DNA from: Amphiscolops sp. MND2022
Lineage: Eukaryota
Assembly: GCA_964187785.1 (NCBI GenBank)
Contig: OZ076409.1
Span: 51,400,001-51,464,000 of the forward strand
Length of the DNA stretch: 64,000 nt
Reading direction: 5' to 3'
Shown: positions 48,244-62,147 of the stretch, in pieces
Numbering within the stretch: position 1 is the first letter of the stretch
How the letters are laid out: each line of letters opens with the position of its first letter
Translations under genes and position numbers: made by a program
Notes under the pieces: generated by a model
Databases searched by the model: none
What the model saw: only the letters and a program-made list of their open reading frames with translations
Told to the model about the DNA's origin: nothing

Positions 48244-48348
48244 TTTTTTTACTTACTAGACCCTTAGTCTTTCATTTCTCGTCTTTTTTAATTGCTCGAC
48301 TTTCCCATTACCCATTATAATGGACATTATACAAGTTTTATGAAAAGT

Positions 48349-50370
48349 TCACTTCAACATTTTAATATTCTTTACTAGTGAAGACTGTACCTGGATCCTT
48401 CTACGAGTGTCCCCGATGTAAAGTGTTTTTTGCTTTATTTGACTTTGATTTATTCTGCATGCTCGGCATCTTTGGGCAAGTAACGTTACGTCTCCATGTA
48501 CTTTAGGCCACCATGCATCGCTAATCTGACTTAACAATTGGTTCTCCCCCGTGTGTCCCCAATGTAAAATGTTTTCAATTGGCCCTTGTGAAATTTTTGG
48601 CATTACATCCGATCATCCAAAAATAACAGAAAATCTTCTCATCCGGAGATATTGAAGTGAATCTCTCTCTCCAATTGCTAACAAGGGCCCCTACATGCTT
48701 TTTTTTTGACTTTTTCGCTAATTTGAAAAATCATCGTCCAGATAAATTGTGGCGAGAAAGTTTTATCCAACCTGATACGCTAGTTCTACCTTGAGTTTAA
48801 TTTTACCTGACAAAGGCGGATTTTAAGTACCTGAGAATTTCCTTGTTGAATTTGTTTGACGCCGTTTCACTGTGAGCTGTATTCTTGCGGTGATCTGCTT
48901 GTTGAGGCAAAAGTGCGCTTTTGCTGCCTTTGTCGTTCCTATTTAGTTTGATCCAACACCGTTCTCAGTTTGGTCCATTAAATTCAGCTGCTAAACGTTA
49001 TTCACGTAGTTTACTTGCTTCACTGTGAACCACGTATTCCATAATTCCGTTACATTTATACTTTTTTATTTTGTCCGTCTATTCGTGATAGATAGCCTGA
49101 CAAGTAGTACGCTATACCAATCATTCGTCCGAGGCGTGGGAATTTTCGGAAATCATAGTTTACTGGTCTGTCAAACCAAGGGGTTCTAACCAAAGACCTG
49201 TCTTCCCAAGAGTTGATTTAATTAAAACTGTTGGCGGAACTTTGTGATCAGACACTATCCGAAATTCAATCCCATATGAATAGTTTCTAAAATGTTCGAG
49301 TGCGCATACGACCGCAAGTGAATCCACTTCATTAACCGAGTACTTACTCTCCAACGATGTAGGGAACAATGACGCAAAATGTATCGTCTCCATCCTGTTT
49401 TGTGTTGTTGTTGCAATGCCGCCCCTAGTCCTGACTTACTTGCAGCGCATATATTCCGTATGGGACAACTTTGTTCGATTTGTCCTACTTCTGTGACTTT
49501 TTTACTCGTACGTTAACCGTTTCGAATGCCTCGTTGCGTTAGTCTGCCACTTTCATGGTTAATCTTTTTTAAACAAAGAGAAATATATGTGGCAATTGGG
49601 TAAGGATCTGTTCATTTCGTTTACAGCCCCAAAAACGATCTTTCTTCTTTTAAACTCTTTGGTGTTAATTTTTTCATGTTACAGCTTTGGTTCTGATGGG
49701 CTTTTTTCCGGTTTGGGATAAATTGTACCCCAGGCATTCAGTTTTTTTCGCAAACTCACATTTTCCCTATTCCAGCCTATTGTTTGCATTATTCAACCTT
49801 TCCAGCACCTATTTCGCAGCTTTGAAAATTTTTCATCCTTCTGTCAGATTGACAGCAGTTTTTTTTAATCCTTCTGTCACAGTAAGTATATCGTCCAGAA
49901 AGACATTTGGTGGGTTGCACTGTTTGCTAGCTCTTGATTGATGACCTTTTTGGACTTCGGTGGTCATTGTGGTTAAACCATGAAACCCCGTTATGAATCT
50001 ATACGTTCCAGTGGTTTTTCCACCCACTATTCCAATAATTCAATGTTTAGCTGTAATTTTATCCATTGGTACTTAACCGCATGCGTAATGCATATCTAAT
50101 GATGTGTACAGTTCCGGGCCTTCCTCTTTATTATCTAATTGTTCCTCTACCATATCAACCAAATGGTTTAAACTTGTCACTCGGTGTTTATCCTTAACTA
50201 TTTTGTTATTTAATGCACACGCTCCACTTCATTTGGTTTGGTTATTTATCTTGGTGTACCTTTTTAGTTATTTTGTAAACGCCGCGATTACCTTCTTTCT
50301 GATTGGGCTGTACGAATTTGTAGTTGATAGCGTTGAGGCAATCCCGTCTGATATCTTTTATCATATGTCA
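48349..50370 (-). pseudogene. Degenerate Gypsy pol (RT, RNase H, integrase zinc finger)
   Basis: GTYRFITGFHGLT..VFLDDIL (RT), FAS..ESKYSVNE..LAVVCALEHFRNY..SDH (RH) and LHWGHTG..WWP..CRAC (IN). Confidence 0.8.
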
Positions 50371-53300
50371 TTTTGAACAGTAACAAAAAGGCGAATATTT
50401 AACTCCAGTTGATGAAAGTACTTCGGTTTTTTCCCAAATTCTATGCAAAAGCAAAATCACTCAGGGAATTGTATTTTGCTCTGTTTAAAAATGATTCAAT
50501 TGTGTACTGACTAAAGTGGTTATTTGACAGAATTCAATGGCCAAAAAGTAGCAGCGAATGTTATTGTGGAGAAATTTTATCTGCTTATACCCCCGTCACA
50601 AAAAAAACCTAACCTGAAAAAGTTTGAACTTTATTGTTCAAATGTTTGATCGTTCTGTGGAATAAACAACCACAGAGGTTGAAGACTGAAGAAATACCTA
50701 CTTACCCAACGTTTTTTACGGATGTTCGCTTCACTAAAGAACTATGAACCAAAAAGGTGAAAAGCAACGGGTTCTCACTTAGCCAACTTTAAAAATGAGA
50801 GAACGGCAAAGTCGGCGCTCCGCCTAGGGCTCCTCAAATAGCTGAAGTTTTTCAAGGCGTCAAAGATTCTCTTTTGAATAAAATATGAAGTTCACAGTAC
50901 CGAAATAAAAACAAAAGGGATCAGTTTTTGCAAACACGGTCATAATTGCTGTTCTTCCCACCAAAAATATATCAAATACTTTAGATATAAGTATCAAAAT
51001 TCAGACATAGTGCGCTGGATAAACAACGAATGATATACCGTGTTTTTTTCTGGAGGTGACATGATTTGAAAATCCGCTTCCTACCGAGTACAACAGAATT
51101 AACGTCGGATATAACGTAGAAATTTCGGATATAGCGCAATATTTTGTTCATATCGAAAACTGCAACCATTATAATTCATAGTTCGGTTCCCTGGGTCAAA
51201 TGGTAAAACGAAACCAAAAACCACGTAGCATAGTTTGGTTCGAAAACGTTTAATAGATGGAATGAACCTAAAGATGTCAAAAGATTTTTCAGAGCATACA
51301 AGCAAGCATATGTTGTTAAAAAGTTGGCCTTTTTTAAGACAGTATCATCTTCGAGTTTTTTGAATAACTACTGTTGGGTCTTGGGCAAATCTTCATTTCT
51401 AGCTGTTCGATAATTTCTCGAAAAAATCGCATTTGGTGGAGAAAACAACAACAAACAGCAACACCGAGCACTCACACGTTTGTGTCTTTATGTAAAACTC
51501 TTAGGAACCTTACTTTCCTATGGGGTGATGTTATCTTAGAAGGACGGCAAAACTTAGTGCTTATTGAGAGTTACCGAAGCGGGATAGGCAATTTTTTCTT
51601 TCTATTGTTTTTTATAGTTCTTGAGGGCTCAGATATTTTGCTAGATATATGAAACAAAGTGTGAACTTCTATTGCTAACTTCTTGAGACATTCGGACCAA
51701 GTTGAACTAGTTTAGCTAATTTTTGCAGAATGAGGATATCAAATCAAAAAATGATTGCAGATATGAAAGCTTGGCGTTCAATAGCATTCTGTTTCCAGTT
51801 TTTACCACTCTTCACCCGATTCACTACTGATAAAGTTACTCCAACCTGAACTATTTGACTGGAGACAAGACGTTATGAAGTCAACTGAGCAAAAGATCAA
51901 TGAAAGTTTTTAACAAATGCTGTTGTGATTTCATAATATAATTAATTCAAGCACTGCTGGTATATATTTGGAAACGATAATATGCTAAATGTGATAAGTC
52001 TTAAATTCGGTAAGCACGTGATAGAAATTTGGCGAACGCGCTGAACCTTGCGCCAAATAGACCAAAGAAAGTGACGGATACTTAAATAGTAATTGCAACA
52101 ATGCGTCCATGTTTCATGGCTTTCCAGATGAGTGCTCTGGGAAGTTTTTGACTTTAGATATTTGCGGCCACGTTTTTTAGACAGGCCGGAACAACAGATT
52201 GCGAGAAAGTTTTTGACTGTTTTTAGCGAGTCATTCTTGGCATGACTCTGCCGTTCAGCTTGAAAACGCTGTTTGTCCCATAGCAACGTGCAAAAGTTTG
52301 TCGTAGATGACAAAATGAAGCTTTAAAAAAGGATAAAATGTCTTGGAAAATTATGAAAACGTCACATTTCTTTGATATGTGCGAAATTTTGATCTGAACT
52401 CGACGCTCATTCGTGAAGGAACCCCCGAAACTACAAGAACACTGGAAAAAACTCATGATGTGCTTCAAGATCCTTCTTTCTAAAGTTCAAATTTATTCTT
52501 TTATCTGTTTCGACACTTCAGTCGATATTTTATGAATGAAGTTGTGCAAGAAATTTTTCCCAAATAAATCAAGACTGGTTTTAGTAAGTACGTTTTGAAA
52601 AACGGACTATTGCTCAGTTACTAAATTGTTCTATATTCTTTCACTGTGAAGTGAAATCCACTCTTGTTGCTCAATTTGTTAATTTTATTTAATTTCTTTC
52701 AACTTTTGTGTACGTCGTTTGTAAAGCTAGACAAGACCAGAAGGTCTTCACATTGTGTTTTTTCTAACTTGATTTTTTAAGTGCAATTTTCAGAGAATTT
52801 TTCATTTCACTTAAGGTCCTCGTTCGGACAATTTTCGGCGCTACAAGATGATTTAGATTTTTCTTTAAAACAACCCTTCAGGACAACAGACATAGATTTC
52901 AGATTCTTAGCTTTCATCTACATCTAGTTTACAAATACGTTCATTTGAGAATAATGCGATGAAAATTTTAAAAGTTACAATAGGCCATTTTTAGCCAAAT
53001 TTTGTTCAACATTGACGTTTTTCTCACTTTTGCTCAAAATTTTGGAGAAAAATCGACACCTTGAACTTTCAGTAAAATCTTCCAGAAACAAACTGTAAAA
53101 TTAGACTTTTTCGAAATTACATGTATTAAGATAACATTTTGTAATTCAACTACTTTAAAAAAGCTCATAATAACTCACAACTCTATCAAAATTATGTTTA
53201 AATAATAAATGCGTGAGTGTGTCAAAAACTTTAAAAATCTACAAAAAATGTTGTTTTGAAAATAGCTCGACCAATGAAATGGGCGCGTGAGACGTTACTG

Positions 53301-54579
53301 TACTTTTTAGTTAATACTGTAGAATGAGTAAACTTGTGCTTCAGTTTGTACGTCCACTTGTGCAACAAAATAACTGGCTGAAACAACGCGGTAGCAGAAC
53401 AGGTAATTTCAAAATTAATCCTGTTGCATGAATCCTGTTAAATTTTGCAATAGCTGCAGCGTCTCAAGAGATCTCAGCGTATTGTCGACAGAAAACTGCA
53501 ACAACAGAAATTTCAAAAAACATCGAAACCTCAAAGCGAAAAATTATATCAAGCATTTGAATGAATCCTAATTTTTTTGTAATCGAGGAAGTTATGTCAA
53601 AATTGCCCTTTGTATAATCAAAAATGTTTCTCTTTAATTCGATCACAGGCGTCTCTCTCTCTCATCTCTTTTGGCATGGGGTAATATTCAGAAAACTGGC
53701 CCCATGAGTACTTGCTATCAACAGCTATGATTTTGCCAAATGATGCTTATTTGGGCCTTGATGTTGAACAAGTTTTTTAAAAGATGTTTATAACTCAACA
53801 AACGTTCCAGTTATTGCTGTCATTTCGAATATTCAAAGTATAGTTTTTAGCTGGAGCTTTTTTTGAAAAAAAAACGGATATTACAGTGGCCAGTTTCATT
53901 TCTCCACCATCGCGCTGAACTCTCCACTTTTTGAACACAGTAGTTATCGTGCAAAAGAGTTAGCGCGCCTGGCTGAAGAGCTGGACTTCGTTGGTCTGAA
54001 TTCAGGGTTTTATTAAGTGTTTACGTTGGCGAAGGAAGACGAGGCCGAAAGATCCTCCGTTCAAGGCTTTTTCGGCAGTGCGAATTTTCTGGGAAGAATA
54101 ATTCGCCCCAGTTCCAAATAGCACCAGTGAGGAGCAAGTATTATTCAAGGTTAAAGGGTCCCTTTTTGGGTTTTCGGCACTGTGCCCTTTCTATCGTTTT
54201 TCATTTTTTCTAGGTTTTTCGGTTTTTGATGCATAAAGTTGGGTTAAATGATTTAGAATCTCAAAGATACTTTTTGGATAAGTTATTCGCTGGGCGATTT
54301 TCCAATAACCATTACTGATCAAAATTATAATTCTTTTTAATCCTGAAGAGGGGTGTCAATAGCTCAAAGAATACCAGGCAGCAGCACATTGTAAATAGAC
54401 TTGTGGAATCTCTTGGTTGATTAGCTACTGCGTTTCAACTCTCGTCTGTTTTTGCGGCCTCGATCAATGCCAAAATGATTTTCATGTTGAAATTGGAAGA
54501 ACGCACCTGAATGAAGGTGTATCTGTCTAAAAACCAAAAGTCATAATGGCAGCCGAAATGTGTGCGAAAATTTGAGACA

Positions 54580-57500
54580 TGTATAAAATTTGTATTTCTG
54601 GAAACTATATGCTGTGAGAAACAGGTCAGACTACCAATCGTCATCAAAACTGCTATAGACAGAGAGTTGTTTGTTACGATTGCAAACAACCTCTATTTAG
54701 AATTCTGACTCATTTATGTTGATGTATTGTAGATCATTGACGACAGAAACTACGCAACATACAGTTGAATTAAAGATCTACATACAGCATTGTTCAACCA
54801 GAGATTAGCAATCTTAACATGGCGCAGTAAGCAAGCTCAACATTGTTTTTACAGTGCATAAAACCTCTTGTTACTGACAATTTAACTACCGATGACCGCC
54901 ACAAAAAATATTCGACTACCCTACTTGGAAAACACCAACCAGCTATCATGGGATACAAAGAAAACCAGATATCAGACAGGATTTTATCTGGGGCGCTGGA
55001 CCGTCAGCAATCTAAACAAACACAAAAGGAGAATTCAACACGGACCCAGACACTTTCAAAACAGACAAACTGATACAGATATTTCGGGAACAATATATGC
55101 TCAAAAGAAATACTTACCACAGCTGTGGAAATTTCTTCTGGGCAAAACGAGAAGACGACGAGACACCCGAAGAACATCGGAAAAAATTAGTAACCTTAGT
55201 AAAAAACTGTGACTTTGAAGACATAAAACAAGAAGACCTACTGATATCGAAATTCTTTACAAGCATCACCGACAAGAAACTCCGGTAGAAACTAATCCGT
55301 GAGAAAACCCTAAATTTGAGAGCAACCGTAGAACTCATCACCCAAAACAGCTACGACCGACGACACAAACAATCCACCATACCAACGGCCTGCCTTCGCA
55401 AAAGACAAAGAGATAAAACAAGAACCAATCCTTAAGATCCAAACAAGACAACAGCGAGAACAACGCAAAACATCAAAGAAAAACGACTGAAGATTCGGCG
55501 GACAACAGAATTGAACACCCTAACACGATTCTATGGCAAAAAATGGTAAACTGCAACAACTGCTGGAAAAAAACAACGCACGGGTGTGCCACTGAAAACC
55601 CAACATCAACAGAAGAAGAGTAAACTACCTGAATGACATGACCTCGGAGGAATATAAAGACGAAAGCGAACCCGAAGAAACCTGCCGAATATCACAAATG
55701 AGAAAAAGACTATCAGAGAACAACAATCTATACGGCATTGAAATGAAAACAAACGGGGAAAAACCATTAACACCGGCTGTTCGGTCACCATCATACCAAA
55801 CAACCCAGCATTATACACGACGAAAAATATTCAACCGCTGAAGGAGAGATGGCAAGATGTGAACAAAAACGAAATCAAACTTCCGGTGAAAATATGGGTA
55901 GATGTAGAATAAACTTTTGCTACTAATTACAAAACGAGATGATGTAACTAACGCCTCTCCTGGGAGTAACCTGATTGAAACAACTGCCTATCACTGTCAA
56001 CAAAATTTCTTTGGACAAAGAAACAATCCACATAAAATTCAGAAAACTATTCGAAAGAAACCACACCTTTAACAACGCTGAAGTGAAAATCCAAACGAAA
56101 CCGAGATGATACCCAACACAACAAAAAGCACGACCAATACCATATCATTTACAAGACAAAATGATTCGTAAAAAACGAATTGGACCGACTTATAACATCC
56201 GGACACCTAGAACAATTGGAAACGATCGAAGAAGATTGTTTCGTATCCCCCCTAGTAAAAACCGGTAAAAAGGACAAATCGGTCGAACTTGCAGTAGATG
56301 CTCGAATACTGAACGTTAGCTGCTTAGAAAAAGACCACACATGCCCAATATGAACGAACTACTAAACCAAATTTCATCCAAATAGTCAAAAAACGATTCA
56401 GACCCGATCGGGGTATCGATGATTGGTCTAGGCTATCATATGGTCTGATGAAATTAGCACCGGAAACAGGCAAACACTGCAACTTTGCAATTACAGGAGA
56501 GAAAACAACATACAACTGCTTCCTAAAGAAGTTTTACATACCAGCAGACAAATCAATAATATTTCTAGAAAAATAACCGACACTCGGTCACCAAACCCCA
56601 TTATGAATAGACGACATAATGTTTGTAACACGCGAAGCAAAGGAACAACACACAAAAGTACTAGAATCAGTCCTAAGAATGCTGGAAAAGGAAGGCTACA
56701 GAGCCAGTGAAAAGAAATCAAAATTCCACCAGAAAAAGATAGTATGGTTAGGACACATGAACCCAGAAGACGGAATTAGATCGAATGAAGTAAAGACGGA
56801 AGCAATTAAAACATAAATCCAACAAAGGACTCTATAACACTGAAATCTTTCCTCGGAGCAATACAAAACTTTGCAAGACACATACCAAACCTATCCGAAA
56901 AGACGGGCAACATGAGACAATTACTGAAGAACGGAGCGACGTAGGCGTGGATGGAAAACAAAACACAGTTTCCAGCAACCTTTAAAAAAGAACTCACGAC
57001 ATATCCGCGTCTAGCACACTACAATTGCAACAACGAAAAAATCGTCAGAACAGATCCCTGCAAAACCGACCTCGAAAAAACATCATGGCAGAAACAGGAC
57101 AGCGGCGATTGAAACCCATTGCTTCTGCCTTCCACTTCGTGAACGATTCGAAAAGAAGTACTCCGTCGGTGAATAGGAATTATTAGTCGTAGTTTGGCGC
57201 CTGGAACGTTTCAGATTTAACCAATACGGCAAACAAGTCCAACTATTCTCTTGCCATCAGGCTAGAACCACAACTGAAAAAAAAACACAAAGAAAGAGTA
57301 TAGCACCCGTCTATCAGGATGGATGGAGAGACTAAATCATTTCGACGTAACACTGAAACACACAGCCGGCAAAGAAATCAAATTCACCAAATTTAATAGT
57401 CGTAATCCAACAGAAAAAGGGAACCGGAAGAAATCTTCGCTGAAGAAATCGTCATCAACGCCATCGCGCATTTCGCAATGGTAAACGGCCGTATTAAACG

Positions 57501-59822
57501 TGTCTTTAACCAATCAGAATGCGAGAAAGTAGACAAGACGGCAAACATGCAAGATACGCACGCGCATTTCGATACACACTACTACAAAACAAAAAATTAC
57601 CATTCTCATTCGCACTCGACCGCTAATCACACTAACTTTGATATTACACGAAACGCCGCATTGTTCGTTCTGAAAGCAAATTGATCGATTACAACATTAA
57701 CAACCGAGAAAATCCGGACAGATACACTCGTGAATCTACTTTGAGATATCACAGGGCGCACATGATGGAACAATGAACATGATAAACAGACGAGCCTATT
57801 ACCGGGAAACCAGAGATCTCCTGGAGAAAAGAATCGAATTAACAAGGGCGGGACGCATGCGCCTTCAAAGGCATCAAAAACTGGACGGCCAGAGAAGTCT
57901 CTCCAGAAGACCCGGCGATGCCGATTGGAAATAAATGAAAATATCGTTGCTCGTAGTGGGATTTCGTCGCCGAATTCTTTGAAGTGGTGTGTGTGCACCT
58001 ACAACCGAAACAAATCCGGAAACAATAATCGTTCAGAAATCAATATCGGATACCGCGTCTACAATTTCATCGTCGCCCGAAAATCCCATCATCACGCAAG
58101 ATCCGTTGCCTACCCAGCTATTCCCGTGCAGGAAGACCGCGACGGACCAATTGAAAAAATTGCTGCCCACTATATACGGATAAGCCGGGTGATAGAAAAG
58201 CAAGCAACCCGAAACCGACAGCAAGAGGACAACATCCGATCTGCAGAGCTAGACTTCATGCTCGATCTGGAAACCCTGATAAAAAAAACGGCTGCGGATC
58301 CAGACTTGATCGAAGTACAATGCTACTCAGAACACAACAAAAGGCAACAGATCTCAACAGACTACAAACAAGTGGGAATAGGTTGACACACCGCTGAGGC
58401 CATTACAATGGTCGACGATCGAATTGTCCTCAAAAGACTCCTTTTTACTGCATTAAATGCCCTACATTTCAGTCACTCCGAATTCAACAAGATGTGCAGC
58501 GCTGCGGCAACCTTTTGGTGGCCGAACTTACGGTCGGATGTAGAGAAAAAGGCAAAAACCTACTCTGCTTGCCTAAAAGCTGATAAGATTTTAAAACCAC
58601 AAAATCCTAGTCCCGCGAGATCAAAAATTGAACCGCCCAAAAAACCCCGAGATGAAGTCCAAATCGAATAGACAGGAAATTTAAACAATAAATACCTAAA
58701 ATCCTCCCCTTTAATATTAGTTGCTATGAATAAAAACAGTCGATGGGAGGTGGCAAATATCTGCAAGAGCTCCAACAAATGACTTTCACGCAAAACAAAA
58801 AACCGACCAGTACGGTGAGTAATGGGGAAAATACAAGCTACCCATTTATAATCTTTCAAAAAGGATAAAAAAGAGCTCGCTCGGTTGCAAATTCAATAAT
58901 AAACTGCAAATTGCTGTATCTGGACCTAAACACACGGTCACTACAGACAAAAACAATTATACATAGAAAACTGATATCTAACCCAATACCCTTCCAGAGC
59001 ACAGTCACCTCAACCAAGCGAATCAACACAAGGATGGTGACGACAGCTGACGAACCGTCAATATCCAAGACGGTTGAACTGACGACAACGTGCGAGTAGA
59101 GGAAAAAAGATCCCCCGCGTCCACATAACGCAGAGAACAGTGCGTACTGGCTCAAAAGGGAAGAACAGCCGAGACACGAAAAGGGACAATTTATAATTCC
59201 GATGATTCGGTAGGAAAGCCATTGGACCTCTGTTTGAGCATGGTGTTTCCGAGAACGACGTTTTCCAGTGCACATCACAAGCGAGGGAAAACTACTCCAT
59301 ACAAATACCGAGGACGAACTGCAGCTACTGCCAATAGAAACAGCCATAACTACGGTGATAAATATAAATATAGGAAAAAACATTCACTGAACCACACCAA
59401 ACGGTGAGAAAATCGAAAAAACTACCTTTTGCTAAACAAACCGAAAAATTAGGCGGTGTACCGTACCATACTGATAACAAAAAAAAGAAAATGTATAATT
59501 ATTGTGTTTTTCTGGGAAAGTCAGATTAACCAGCCGCAGACAAACAACAATGAAATCCAACGAACTATAATATACCTACAATACTGAAGAAATACCAAAC
59601 TAACCGTGAAATACGGCATTACAATACCAATCTTCATCAAAACTGCTATAGACCTATAAAGAGAGTTGTTTAGAGTGATTGCAAAGAAACTCTAAGTAGA
59701 ATTCTGACCTATTTATGTTAATGTATTTCGATTGGTCATTGATGATAGAAACTACATAACATACAGTTGAAATAAAGATCGACATGCAACATTGTTTTAA
59801 CCAAATAATAGCAATCCTAACA
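54580..59822 (+). mobile_element. Old full-length degenerate Gypsy element with diverged LTRs (54580-54819, 59492-59822)
   Basis: LTRs share ccaatc.tcatcaaaactgctatagac...gcaatc.taaca. PBS TGGCGCAGT (tRNA-Ser-like) at 54820. A-rich purine tract before 59492. gag (FFWAKREDDETPEEH), RT and IN (LHFSHSE..FWWPN..SAC) fragments. No TSD recognisable. Confidence 0.85.
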
Positions 59823-59831
59823 TATGCATTG

Positions 59832-60268
59832 TTTTTACTCAGCGCTTCATGAAGTGAAACGCGACTATTATAGTGACTCTTTTTTCAATCCACACGAATT
59901 GACCGAAATAGCTACTAAAAGTTCTACAAAGTTTATGGTCCCAAATTGAATCATTTGGCCTAGCGAACTGAACCAAAAAGGTTTTACCGCGTAACATAAA
60001 AAACCGGTAGAGACTAAATGGTCCCTTTCAGTTTTTTTCCGCATCGTGTGACTTTGTTTCGAAAATTTTTTTCACTAGATGACCCCCTTTAATTTTTTGA
60101 TGTTTTGCAACAATGGATTTTAAAAATTGCGAAACTTCGGTCGTTTGGTTTTTCGTGAGTTTGATAATTTTTTGGGGTTTGATACTTTGAGTTTTTTGAC
60201 ACTTTCATGTCCTTTTGCTGTTTTTGAGCCTTAGATATGGCGCCAGCTTATGCTGTTCACGGCTTGTT
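59832..60268 (-). mobile_element. Helentron/DINE-like repeat copy; related to 44225-44500
   Basis: agcgcttcatgaagtgaaacgcgact hairpin end and gagccttagatatggcgccagct..cttgtt end. Confidence 0.5.
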
Positions 60269-60762
60269 CTGACCTTTGGTCACTTTCCAACTACTACATT
60301 GTTAGTTCTCTATCTCGCAACTAAATCTCCAAGCTTGTTTCAAATGTCGAATTTTCTGAAATCCAAATGAAAATGTGTATCTTGATTATGAAAGCGTGGA
60401 ATTGTTCATGAAATCTATTGATAAAACTAGCTTCACCGAGACAAATTATTTTCTCTTTTTGTTGACTGATTGTAGAAATTACTCGGCTGTTGCACAATTT
60501 ATTTAGTTTTGATCAGCGATGTTTGTGAACTCAATCTATCAAAAGTTTTCTTCAGCTGCGTTTTTGAGGAAGTTGATTTCCCCAATTCCCCTGGTGTGCA
60601 CGCCAAAAAACACTTCTGCTTTCAGAAGTCGTCAAGGTCCCAGTCTGAAGACTTCTTGCCGTTGCTCTATTTTGTTTTGCATTTTCTGTGCAAGAAGTGT
60701 TAATTTTTTCTCATTGACCATACCACTACGCTAGGGATGAAAGACTTGCTTAAGGCCCAACA

Positions 60763-60830
60763 ATGGTGAGTTTGAGAGAGATTCGAAACTGAAACTGCAT
60801 TACAGGCCGAATGCTCTAACCACTACACAA
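60763..60830 (-). pseudogene. tRNA-derived remnant or SINE head
   Basis: Minus strand tgtagtggttagagcattcggcctGTAatgc..gtttcgaatc: A box, B box and anticodon-like loop, but the stems are broken. Confidence 0.35.
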
Positions 60831-61512
60831 AAGTATTGACTAGTTTGCGACGAAAGTCATTGTTTTTGGATAATGTAAATCATGGAAACCAAGTGATATT
60901 CAGAAATAACTGCTTACAACATTAAAGGCACCGGCAGAGAAACATGTTTCAGTTCTTAACAATTTAATTTAGTTTAAAACCATTTTCATTTTTAAGATCT
61001 GAACCGGTCCATTGAAGACGTCCATGAAACCCCCGTCAAAATGACAAGACTCTGATTAAGTAAAGTTGCTCTTTAAAAAGAATAATGGAATAAAAAATAT
61101 GGTACCAAAGCTTGCTATGGGGAAATAGTATTCGGAAGGGCGCCGACCTGGAACAGCATAACTGCTTATTCGGCGTCAAGCCGTCGAATTAGAGAATCAA
61201 CTTTCTTCTTTCGCCTTCTTATTCTTTTTATTATTATTCTTATTCTTCTTTTTGGATGATAACTGAATGCATAATTTATAGCTGGCACTTGTTTTACGCT
61301 ATTTATTTCACATCTAATTTGCTCTATGTAGTTGTGATGCACTCGGATTGTGATCAAAGATTTTTCGAATGAACAAAAAAATTGAAATTGAAATAATTTA
61401 AAGATTTTTTCTTGATTAGTCTGACTCAATAATTGGGAAATTTAGGGTTAATTAACTAAGGAGATTAACAAATTAACAACAAACGTATTTATTACTATTT
61501 ACGAAACATAGA

Positions 61513-62147
61513 TTAAAACTCAATTTCTGATTGTTCATCCATGTATCCGTTGACGTCTAAAAACGCTTTTATGGTTGCGTAGGGATTATACCCAAACGCC
61601 ATGAAGTCCCAACGGTATGAAGTTAAAAAGCTCAATAGGTTTGTCAAATTCATGGATCTGAGAATTTGCGAGTTTCCTTCTTCTTGTAGCGGCATTTTTT
61701 GTCTTAAACCTCCTTTAGCACCCGCTGTAAAATTCACTTTTAAATGCATTTTTGTTTCGACATTGATGATGTAATCCATATCGTCTTCCATAGTTTCAGC
61801 TCTACCCACAAAAGAAATATTGAGCGCACAAGGGTCGCAAATAGTCACTTGTAGATCGAAGTGGCTGTCTTTTGGCCCGTCTTGGACTAAAAAGTCCAGA
61901 TATTCATTGAAGGTCATATTGCTATTCTTGAGCCAACCGTTTTTCAGACCATTGCGATAACCAGAGATAGCGCGGTCGAAAGGATCTCGCACAAACATGT
62001 ATCTGAACTCTTTGGGTTTCGACCGCCTTCCCGAACCACCCGCAGGCCATTGTTTGGAAACCTTTTCCCCTGTAGCTGAGACATCAACTTGAGAATTGTT
62101 CGGATACCGAAAAAGGTTCCACAAGATAGAATGTCGTGCCCATATTC
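61513..62147 (-). CDS. Terminal exon of carbohydrate sulfotransferase paralogue B
   Basis: MFVRDPFDRAISGY, HFDLQVTICDPC..ISFVGRAETMEDD and YRWDFMAFGYNPY. Acceptor ttgatag at 62148, phase 1, the same position as in paralogue A. Confidence 0.88.
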
